Of a stretch of DNA of 35,247 bases, positions 10,770 to 20,661 are shown in pieces (within the stretch, counting starts at the first letter, position 1; each line of letters opens with the position of its first letter). The notes below the pieces were generated by a model. It saw nothing but the letters and a program-made list of their open reading frames with translations, was not told where the DNA came from and did no database searches. This stretch comes from Psammoneis japonica. Its lineage: Eukaryota. Location of the stretch: contig QPGO01000086.1 in the NCBI GenBank assembly GCA_008632985.1, forward strand, positions 310,001 through 345,247. Reading direction: 5' to 3'. A program made the translations under genes and the position numbers.

Positions 10770-13700
10770 CTCTAGAGAGGTACGTAGATGTTCTAGGAGG
10801 TAAAGCTGAGAAGATCTGATGCAGGCGGTATAGGGCCCTGCTGTAGATGTGCTCTGTGCTTGGCCTCTACTCTAGCTAGCGAGCTCTGTTGGCAGAGAGG
10901 CAGAGGTTCGTTCGTTCGCGTTGCCATGCTTTTAAACTATAGAAATTACGTAAGCCCATGCAGAAATAGAAGCGATGAGGGAAGCAGCAAGAGGTGGCAC
11001 ACGGAGGGAGCTGCAGGAGCAGGAGGAAAGAAGGGGCGGGCAAGGCAGCATGCCGGAGGTTTAAGGAAGGAGCCGGAGCAAAAGGAGAAAGGAGAGAGGA
11101 GAGGAAACAAAGAGTGTGTGCGGCAGAGTGGTGAAAAATGTTGCATCCAAGGGTCTGCACAGCCCATTGAGAGGGAGAAGCAGAATGATGGAGCTGCCAA
11201 AGTGATCAGTGGCAAGTTGATCCCATGCAAAGTTGGCAGCAGGAAGGAGAGCCAAAGGAGAAGTGTGAGCACAGGAGAAGGCGTCAACAAAGGATGCAGT
11301 TGAAGGCTGCAAGAAAGAGTGGTCAGGCCAGGGAGGCTTGGATTGGAAGAAGCCAAGACCACCAAGATGGTTGACAGCAAAAAGAAGAAGAAAGATCCCA
11401 CTGGCATTGAGGGATTGACCAGCAAGGACCTGTCAGAAGAAGAGGCAGAAGGGCCCAAAAACCTCAATCTTGTGCTTGAATGGTGTGCCTCAGTCAAAGT
11501 GGGAGAAGAAGGGAAAGAAGCCAAGACCACCAACATGGCAGACAGCAAAAGGCAGAAGAGAGATCTCACTGGCATTGAGGGATTGAACAGCAAGGGAGCT
11601 GTCAGGAGAGGAAGAGGCAGAAGGGCTTGAAAACTTTGATCTTGCACTCAAATGGTGCTGCGAGTCAGTTAAAATGGGAGAAGAAGGGGTGGGCAGACCA
11701 GGAGGAGGGCAAGGGGGAGTTTTGGAGACAGCGACATCAATGATTGATGGCAACATGTCAATGCTGAGAGGGAGTGGAAATGGAGGCAGGGGGGTGGCAC
11801 CAATGCCAACGTTGGTCGGGCAAAGGAGAGGCCAATGCAGGAGGAGGTTCGCAGGCTCAAGGTGAGCATCATTGGGCACAAGGACAAAGATGGCATCTCA
11901 GATGCTGTTGGAAAGCTTGGACTTGTGACTGTGCTTGCACGCAAAGGGATGATCCCCGAAGGCATCAAGTGTGGTGTGACTGCAAGGACAAGAAGAGTTG
12001 ACAAGGAGAGTTGACAAGGGAAGAGGGGGCACCAGGAGGCAAAGCTTGCATTGAACTGCCACAGCGCACTTGTCAGAGGCAAGGCAAGAGGCAGCAAAGC
12101 AGCGGGAGAGAGAATGAAGTGGGAGGCTGGCAAGGGGATTGGCAGGAGCATGTCAGCAAGGGCAGCAGAGATGATGTGTTGTGCTGATGAGCATGACAGA
12201 GCCTGCGGGCTGGGCCGGGGAGTGTTGCAGACTCAACCAACAACCAAAGCAAAGGGGGAGCTGGGGCAGATGGAGATGAGTCAGAAGAAAGGGTGGAGGC
12301 AAAGCAGCAGAAGAGGGTGCAGAGGCACAGATGAGAGCAAGGGGCCAAGGCTGTTGCCAGAGGGAAGCTGCACTCCTTGAGCGGAGAAGCAGAAAGAGCA
12401 AAGGAGGGAGACAAGGAACAATGGGATGGTGTGGCGGCAGTGGGATCTTGAAGACCAAAGCCACCAAGGGACGCAGGGAGAAAGGCAATGGCCAGAGAGC
12501 AAGGAGGAAGAGCACCGGCATGGGTGGAGGCATGGAGAAGGAAGTGTTGGATGATGGTGAGCAGGAAGTCTTGCAAGGGAGAAGTCCAGAGAAAGGGGTG
12601 GGGCAGGGGCGGGACAGGCTGTCAGAATTAAAGTTGCAAGAGAAATCAGTGCCAAGAAGACAGGCTTTGGAGGAGAGGGAGGAGGAAATGTTGGAGAAGA
12701 GGGAGAGTTTGCTGAGGCTTGAGAGCCAAGAGGCTGGCCAAGGAAGCAAACACTGGAGGCAAGTTTGAGATCACAGGAGGGATCAGCAGAGGGGCTGAGA
12801 AGGAGAGAGCATCCTGCAGGGAGGAGGTCAAGGACCAAGGGAGGGTGGAGAGGGGGTTGGTGCCATTGATGGAGGCAACAATTTTGGTTGTGCTGAGATT
12901 GAGCTTGATGCCACAAAGCAGCAAAGGAAACAAGGAATGATGGGGAGGGAGAGAAAGGCATTGACATTGTCAATGTGAGAAGAACCAGCAGACGATCAAG
13001 AGCAGGAGGCAAGACATTGCTGAATTTCTTGGCTGGTGGGACAAAGGACACAAGAGAGCACCTGGGCATGCAAAGACAGGGCCAAGGGGGCAGCCTTGAG
13101 CAAAGCTTTCTTGCTGTGCAAAAGAGCTCCAAGTGGAGTCAGGTCAGTGACACCAGCACTCATTGGAGTTCTGACAAATGATGGGATCAAAAAACGAAAG
13201 CACAGGACTGAGAGATTCCTTGGAAGAAAGGATGTCATGGCAGGCATCACAAAAGAGATCTCATCAACAACTTGATGAGGTCAAGAAGGAGCAAGGCCTT
13301 GGAAGGAGCAGCCAAAGAGAGGTGGTGTTCAATGTTGGTGTGAGCAGAATGGACAAGAAAGTCAAGACCACCCTTGACACTGACACCAAACTGACCATGG
13401 GGGAGAAGGAACTTGGAACTCAGAGCAAAACAGAGTCACAATGATGGAGCCAGACAGGCAGCAAAGAGCAGCGCCAACACCATTGGGCAGAGCTTGCAGT
13501 CAAGATCAGCAGGATCTTTATGAAGTGTGCCACAAAGCAGCTGGAGGAGAGAAAGGGGTGGGACAGAGGCGCGCAGGGACCAATCCATTGTGAGAACAAG
13601 AAGGAGGAGAACCTGAGGGGATGAAAAGCAAGAATTTTGTTGGGTGGAGCCAGAGGGCGACTCTCAGCAGAGTGCAGAGCACAGGCCTTGAGAAGATTGA

Positions 13701-14400
13701 TGGAGTCAGCAAAAACTTTAGCAGCAGTTGCTGGCTTGCATCTGCCAAGAGCCAAGAGCCAAAAAGGGGCTCAGAGGACAGGAAGATGGGGTCATTGCTG
13801 GGAGAGGAGGAAGAGCAAGCAGAATGTGCTGGATGCATTCTTTGATGTCTGCAGAACACACCTGGGCAACTGTTCATGATGTGCTGCAAGTGTGAAGGAG
13901 GAGACAGGTTCGTAAAATTGCCTCTTTTTCTGTTGATGATCATTTGCATTTTCATTGCTTGACAAATTTACTGTGGAGCTCACACACAGAATTCTGTGGG
14001 CCAAATGTCACACGGAATCCTGCCTGGGACTGGAGCCGGTCTGCCAAGGGTGGAAGCAACAATGTTGGCATTGAGGGTGGTCCAGGGCACAGAGTGCTTG
14101 TGGCATGAAGGTGACCCTCAAGATGGCATGGAGAGAAAGGCAGGTGCACTTGCTGTGGTTGCAATGTCTGCAGGTGTGCAGGTTGGTGGCTTTGAAGAAC
14201 TTGTTGTGAACATGAGAAAGGGAGAAATGGGGGTGCTGCCAGTGAAAATGGCTGAGCACAAGTTTCAGTGGGGATGCCACGGGTGGAAGAAATGTGTGTC
14301 AGAAAAAAAGTTGGCAGATGGAGCGCAACTGGGCAACAGACAGACAAATGCGACAGAAGAGTTGTCCCCATGCTTTTCGTGCGGCATTCAATGCTGACAG
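10770..14400 (-). mobile_element. Decayed non-LTR retrotransposon with restriction-like endonuclease (CRE-clade-like), near full length
   Basis: Motifs occur in the expected order on the minus strand: N-terminal C/H-rich zinc-finger-like region (~14150-14370); RT motifs FAQQESFAQGCPL (~13083-13123), HIDNVNAF (from YIDD, 12954-12977) and GIKLNLSTTKI; GGFGLQDP (~12445-12470); CCHC knuckle CPCSHTTLDAFGDHPFAC...LSNSI*D (~11895-11990); RLE-like EPANLLL...IIDVAV. Many TGA stops and frameshifts. Confidence 0.85.
11346..11689. repeat. Diverged ~170-bp tandem duplication within the retrotransposon 3' region
   Basis: AAGCCAAGACCACCAA...GACAGCAAAA...CTGGCATTGAGGGATTGA...GAAGAGGCAGAAGGGC...TGGGAGAAGAAGGG occurs twice (11346-11513 and 11514-11689). 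Confidence 0.9.
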
Positions 14401-14619
14401 TGGTGTGCTGCTGGCAATGCTGTTGGCTGGTTTTCATGCAACAAAACACACCACATGCATCTTGTGGTGAGCAATGAGCAGGGATGTTTGCCCACATTGA
14501 CCGTGGATGCAGTTTGTGGTTGATTTTGGGGCATTGCTGTTGCTGCTGGGTTTTTGCAATTTTCTGTGCAAATTGCACACAGCAACAATGCAAGATGTTG
14601 ACAACAAGGGCATCATTTT

Positions 14620-17600
14620 GAATGATTGGGCAGAGCTGTCAGACAGACACCACCAGCAATGCATGGTGACAGGTTTTTTTGTGCCAGCAGCAATGTGGCA
14701 ATCTTCAACACAGATGATGAAGGAAACTGCACCCGGAGCAAACATGAGGAAATTGCCAACAGCGCTCAGAAGGCCACCACTCTTAGCCTTTGCAGGGGTG
14801 CACCAAGGTCTTTGCACTGGATGCCAAAATGCTGCATGAGCTGCATGAATTCTCACCCAAAGGTGAAGTGCCGCCACACTTCATCAGCTCCTCCAATGAT
14901 GGCAAGTGGTTTGCCCTCTTGTTTCAGAATTGCAACCTTTGCATTTGCAACAGCAGTGAGCAGAAACTGAGAAAGGCCAGCCTTTGGTCACAGGGCCACA
15001 TCTCTGCCATGACCTTCAACAGCCCTGATTTGATGCTCCTCATCAATCAAGTGGTGCAGGTGCAAGAGTTGATGGGGTTCTTGCCTTCATTGATGGCACA
15101 GCAAACTCTCGGCCCAAGCTGCCTGGAGTCAATGAAGGCTCAGCCCAAGCTGCCTGGAGTCAATGAAGGCTGGTGGCCCTTTGGCATTTGCATCAGCACA
15201 GCGGCCATTTGCCATGGGATGGTGGTGCCGCTGTGCATGATTCTGTCATGACCAGGAGAGTTGGGCAGGATGATGCACTGTGCCATGATTGGCAAAAACA
15301 CCCATGCCCTTGACAGCGCCCAGCACAATGGGGCTTGGCCAAGTCATCAGCAGCCACCAACTTGCTCAATTTGATTCATGGCAGCCAGCACAGAGCTGTG
15401 CTCTCTTCATTGCTGCAATGCTCACAATCAGCTGTTGGAACATCAAGCAGCGCAAATTCTCTTTGCACCCCCACTGGGGCAAAGGAGTGGCCCCAAAGTG
15501 CAACGGAGCATTGATGCAAATCTTTGGTCCAAAGAAAACTTGGCAAAAAAGACACCCCACATCATTGCAAGCAGCTGTGTTTGCAAGCACTTTTGCCTTT
15601 TGCCCTCACATGTGGGCAGCTTCTGCACCTTTGATGGGGCCTCTTCTTCTTGGCATCATGATTCTTGAGGACATCTGATGGGCCAATTGGTTTGCAACAC
15701 TCTGGTGGTTCTTGCCACCTTCCCATTCACCGTCACCACTGTCCCAGTGACAGGTCAAGGCCTGCTCAAAGCAGGCATGCTTGATCTTGGAAAAGTGCAA
15801 TTGACGAATGACAAAAATGTCTTCTGAGACACCAAGCATGGCCATGGGCTGCAACTGGCATTGCCGCTTTCAGTTCTGCCTTTGCCGCCTGCAGAATGAC
15901 AGATGTCCATTGGGACAATGACAACAGCAATGGTGATCGTGCCATGGGGGCCAACTGGTGGATTTCTGGTGGAACAATGGCACTCAGTGATGTGGTGCCA
16001 TTCTCCAGCAACACCATGCACACTGCCAGACCAACCATGATGATTGGATCAGGCAACAGTTTTTCTGCTGCCGAGGTCTTCGTGGGCAACACAGCCCATC
16101 TGGCGGGCAGCTGTCCTTTGCAGGGGAGATGCACATTGACAATGCCGCCACCAACGGGCAAGTCAACACAATGGGCAACACTTGAGTGTTGGTTCATTGA
16201 ACTTTGCATGGCTTTTTGGCACGTTGGACAGCAGGAACATTGGTGCAGGTCAACAACTTGATGCTGCAAATCAGCCTGGGAAGCGGGGCATCAAACCAGA
16301 TCCCTGATGCCTCCAGCCTTGATGTGGGTGGTGGTTTGGGCCTGTTCCTCTTTCAGGCATGGCAGGCACGGCACATCCCAACTTGCCATCAGGTTGCAAC
16401 TCCTTGCTGATGCTGGGAGCCGGCAGCGGCAGCAGCACATTCACTGGTGCACTCAACGACAACAGCATGGAGGTTTTGTTGTCAAAAGGAAGGCCGGCAG
16501 TGGTGCACAAATCCTCACTCCCACTGCAGCCAATGGCTTCACAGGAACAACCACCATTGCCAGCAGTGCACTGCTGCTGGCAAGTTCCATCACCAATGAC
16601 ACGCTGCAAGTCTGTGGCAATGCTCTGTCCAAAGCCTTCATTTGAGTTTCTTCTTGGGCTGAAGTTTGAAATGCTCTGTTGACTCCAAGCTCTGACACCA
16701 TCTTGCTCAACTCCATGATCTGAACAGTTGCAAGTTGGCAGTTGATTTTGGCGCCTCTTGTGTTGCAACATCTCAAGACAAACATTTTGTTGATCTCCTC
16801 ATGCAAAAAGTCATGAAGCTGTTCCAGATCTTGAGAGTTGTGCACTTTGACAAAGGCAGCTTTTCTTTGCATTTGGATGAATTCTGCTCAGGCAATGGCT
16901 GTTGTGGAACATTGTCCAGCACAAGCACACAGCACCCAATGGCAACTGAAGACAGCTTGGATGGAGCAAGCCACCCATTGCTGCAACACTTCAATGGATG
17001 TCAAGAAGACATTTCTTCTTGGAGAGACAACACTTGAAATTTGGCTGTGAACAATTGCACTGTCATCTTCCCATTCCTGTCTTTGCAAACAAGCAAGAGT
17101 TTGCAGGCAGTGCTGTCCCCATCATCACTCCATCGTGCTGCTCTGGAGTTGTGATTGGTTGATTGTTGACAGTTGCTTCTGTTGATCAGCGTGCAACTCA
17201 AACAACCGTGCAAACCATTTTGTCGCCACTCCATCTGCAGAACAATGACAAGTTCTGATCCAGATGCAAGAAGGTGAATGTCATGTAAAATCTCACTGTG
17301 AGTCTGTGCAGATGTGGCGCACTTCCTCCAGGCCATCTGGGGAAGTTGGGTGTGTCCACACAAAGTGAGTGCACTTTTGATTGGTCCACGCCAAAGATGT
17401 TGCAATTTTTTTGGCCATTTTGAATCCTTGCTGGGCATGACATCGGATGAGCAATGGTGGTGCTCGCATGACACAAATTTACACTCAGCATCAACACAGA
17501 AGACAAATCAAAAATTTCAGACAAATTTAGAAATGACAACAACTGCCCAAGGAGAGCCACTTGTCAATGTCAATGCAAAGCCAACTGGGAACACTGTCGC

Positions 17601-18290
17601 CATTTCCATCTGAGAGTTTTTTTGACGAGCTGAATTTTGGAGGTGAGCTCAAGCTGTCCAAGTGGGAAAGACCCCAAGAAGTGGAGGCACTGCAAGTCAG
17701 CTCATCATCGTCCTCACTGTCACACTGCCAACTCTCTTTTTTCTTCAGAACACAAAGTTTGTTTGCAACATTGAGTGTCTTGTCAAAAGCAATCTGTGCT
17801 GGCTTTGAGACCGAGAGGGCAACAAGATCAACATCCAAAAAGTCATGGCCATGCAAGTCTTCACAACTTTCTGGTGGACACAAATCTGGTGCTTTCTCCT
17901 TGCTCCAGTTTTCAACAACATTGCCTGCCTCAGCATCAAGTCACCCCTTGTCAAACAAAAGGACCAAGTGCTGGGGTTGGACTGACACCCCAAATGCTGT
18001 CAAGATTTTTGTCGGCAATTTTGTCAACTGTGGCTTGATGGCATTTTCCCAAGGAATTCACCCGGCGCCCCCTTTTGAAGGAATGAGCAGAACTTTGCAA
18101 AGGCCAATTTGCCTCTGATGAATTTTGGAGAGAAACATGTTCCTGCAGCAGCCCGGGTCCACATCTTCTTCAATTTGTTCCCAACAGAAGTGCGAACTCA
18201 ATTGCAGCATTGTCAACTTGCGCGCAAAATTCTTTTAGCCACTGACCGGCAGTTTTCAAGAATGGGGCGGCATCGGCTCTTCACCATCAT
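14620..18290 (-). pseudogene. Decayed long gene (~1,200 codons) of unrecognised family
   Basis: ORFs 16453..16872 and 15766..16269 share one frame, broken only by TGA codons plausibly derived from CGA. The frame continues to ~15140 and resumes after removing a 31-bp duplication (AWAESLL...AVANAKVAILKQEGKPLAIIGGADEVWRHFTFG). Further protein-like segments run up to ~18290. Confidence 0.6.
15108..15171. repeat. 31-bp tandem duplication
   Basis: CTC(G/A)GCCCAAGCTGCCTGGAGTCAATGAAGG occurs twice. The only difference is CG (15110) versus CA (15141). Confidence 0.9.
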
Positions 18291-18409
18291 TGTTTGTCGG
18301 CTTGTCTGTCGTGTTGTGTGGGAAGTTGGGCAAAAACAATCAGTCGAACCAGTCAAGTTTCTGCGAACACCGATTTGTTGTTGTTGCCACAGACCCATTT
18401 TTTTTTCAT

Positions 18410-19042
18410 GACAACCTGGCTTGCCTGCCCCCGCCCTTGACCCTCATGCCGAGGCACACCATGCAAGCACAAAATGGAAGTTCAACAGAACCCACAAGAC
18501 CCAACATGAAGCAACCCTCACATCCGCCCTTGACAATGCCGGTGTCCACCTCATTTCCTTTGCCATCGACCACCTGGGAGCTCCAGGCTGCTTCGCCCAC
18601 CGCCTTCTTTTTGGTGCCAACCAAGACCTCCCCATCCCTGCTCCACCCACCCCACCTTGGAACACTGAAACCTGTTTTCAACACCCAGCTGCCCACGCCG
18701 CATGCGCCTGTGCCCAACAATCTCCGTCTGCCATCCTCCCTGCGGTCACCGCCACTTGGCAAACCATCTCTGCCGAACGCTTTGGCCTGACCCACCACTC
18801 CTCAACACCATCACAATGGGGTCTACAGAGCCTGAGCCTCGCGATTACCAAATCGCTCGCTGACCAACTAACCCGCTACTCCACCAAACTACAATCGCAA
18901 ACATCAAACCCCAACTCGAAATCCATCCCTTTTCCCACCTGCATGACTCAGTTCCGCCATTGCCCCGCGTCTGTCCCTCCCCCCGCGCCACTAGGTGACG
19001 TTGCACGTGAACTTCTCACGCCGCGCGTACTACACTCTAGAG
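18410..19042 (+). mobile_element. 5'-truncated 3' fragment of a related CRE-like retrotransposon
   Basis: EAHHASTKWKF...LDNAGVHLISFAIDHLGAPGCF is homologous to minus-strand EAHHSSTRLRF...LNASGIFLLLFAVNHLGGLGFF of the first element. Ends in CGTACTACACTCTAGAG. Confidence 0.7.
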
Positions 19043-19245
19043 CCCTAATAGCTACCGTAGCAGGGATAAAAGAAAAACCTTCGACTCTTGCATTGCTTGG
19101 CATTGGGCGTTGGCTTTGTGGAGATCACTTCCGTTGTTGATTCTCTGTTCGTATTTACACTGTATTTTTGAGGCGTTTCGACAGAAATCGTAAAGAAGAA
19201 GGCTAGTTAATTTGCAAGGCTCCTGAAAAGTCCTTCGACCAAGAA

Positions 19246-20388
19246 ATGGTTGCTACCGATGTCCGACCATCGACCAAGGCGAAACTTCTAAACAAGAAGA
19301 CTCTCAACTACGTTGATTATGAGCAAAAGCATCGGGAACATCTATTCACCTTTCCCAAGTTCTTGGAAGATTGGGTTGTGGAGACCTTTCTTCGACGCAA
19401 GGATCGCCGAAACCTAGGAATCTTTTACGTGGGCATGAACATTCTTGCAACCAGTTTGCCAGTTGCCGTTATGTTGTACTACATCGAACAAAACAATCTT
19501 CTACCTGTGAGCCAACAAATCATTCTTGGAGTTGCATACACAGCTATTCATATGAAGTGCTGGGGACGATCTTTCGTGTTGGCATTGCACTTCATTTCGC
19601 ATTGTTCCATTTTCAACTCGACCTACCGTTTCTTGGACCACGTTTTCAAGGCTGGTATTTGCGTCATGTTTGGTATTCCTCCTGGCCTCTACTACCCTCA
19701 CCACATTGGTATGCATCATGCAGTTGACAATGTTGCTCCTCACGACATGAGTTCCACTATGGATTATGATCGCTCCTCCAAGTGGAATCATTTCAAGTAC
19801 ATGTTCCGTTTCTGGTCGTTTGGTAACTTGGAATTGCCATTCCGACTTATGCAAATGAACAAGCCTGGCTTGGCACTGCAATCTCTTACAGGCTCGATCA
19901 CTTTTGTTGCTATTCTTTCCTATGCCTACATGAACAGCCCAATCGCCGCCATGTTCACTTTGATTCTTCCGTGGATCTTTATCAGTTTCGGTTTGATGCA
20001 AGGAAACTTCAAGGAACACATTTTCGTTGATCCCGAGGACTACGGCAACAACTACAAGACTGCCATGAGCTGCATCAACTGTCCTTCCAACTCTCTCAAC
20101 TTCAACACTGGATACCACATTGAACACCACGAAGAGCCTGGTCTACCATGGTATCAACTTCCCGACTTGTTTTTGAAGAATTTGGACAAGCACGCTGCGA
20201 ACGATTCCCTCATCTTTGACGGCATTGGAACAATGGAAGTGGGAACATTGGTTCTCAACGGAAAGTTTGATGAATTGGCCAAGTACTACTTGAATGTTGG
20301 TCAACCAAAGCGAACCCACGAAGAATTGGTGGCCGAATTCAAACGCCGATTACTTCCTGTGGATCTCTCCAAAGCCGGCAAGGAGTAG
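19246..20388 (+). CDS. Membrane-bound fatty acid desaturase family protein (380 aa, intronless)
   Basis: Three histidine boxes (HFISH, HHIGMHH, YHIEHH) with intervening hydrophobic segments. Intact ORF with a pyrimidine-ending codon preference. Confidence 0.9.
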   Translation: MVATDVRPSTKAKLLNKKTLNYVDYEQKHREHLFTFPKFLEDWVVETFLRRKDRRNLGIFYVGMNILATSLPVAVMLYYIEQNNLLPVSQQIILGVAYTAIHMKCWGRSFVLALHFISHCSIFNSTYRFLDHVFKAGICVMFGIPPGLYYPHHIGMHHAVDNVAPHDMSSTMDYDRSSKWNHFKYMFRFWSFGNLELPFRLMQMNKPGLALQSLTGSITFVAILSYAYMNSPIAAMFTLILPWIFISFGLMQGNFKEHIFVDPEDYGNNYKTAMSCINCPSNSLNFNTGYHIEHHEEPGLPWYQLPDLFLKNLDKHAANDSLIFDGIGTMEVGTLVLNGKFDELAKYYLNVGQPKRTHEELVAEFKRRLLPVDLSKAGKE

Positions 20389-20661
20389 GGCCCCTAAATA
20401 ATCCTGTTTCTTCTACTTATTCATGCGCTACAAATCTGCCCATTCCATTTTGAATACAAGGCCTTCGACGCCTTTGCCCTACCTGCCCATTTTAGCATGA
20501 CGAGTCAATATTTTTTGGAGCTGCCATGAATCCGTGTCATTCCTTTCTGAGAAATGGCCTCATTGCAGCTTCAATAACTCTTCTAGCTACAACCATGTCA
20601 AATACAGTGTCAGGATAGCGGAGTAGTATTTATGTCACCAGTGGCAGCAACAGCAGTTTTA

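Larger units (their letters stand above)
10969..18823. other. Hypermutated domain 1: TpA almost absent, CpG depleted, TpG/CpA enriched
   Basis: Manual count finds only 12 TA dinucleotides in ~7.85 kb, at 11062, 11670, 12629, 13519, 13719, 13913, 13969, 14784, 17286, 17480, 17528 and 18236. ORF translations almost lack Tyr and are rich in C/H/Q/W/M. Confidence 0.95.

Noticed and set aside
11346..11689. LTR pair
   Set aside because: The copies are directly adjacent and lie within the coding 3' region of a non-LTR element.
10969..18823. Fungal-type RIP as the explanation
   Set aside because: RIP converts CpA to TpA and raises TpA and AT content. Here TpA is lost and CpA/TpG are in excess.
10950..18830. 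Dense overlapping ORFs in all six frames, suggesting many small Cys/His-rich genes
   Set aside because: Loss of TpA removes TAA/TAG stops and Tyr codons, inflating ORF length. The C/H/W/Q/M richness is the mutational signature, not coding function.
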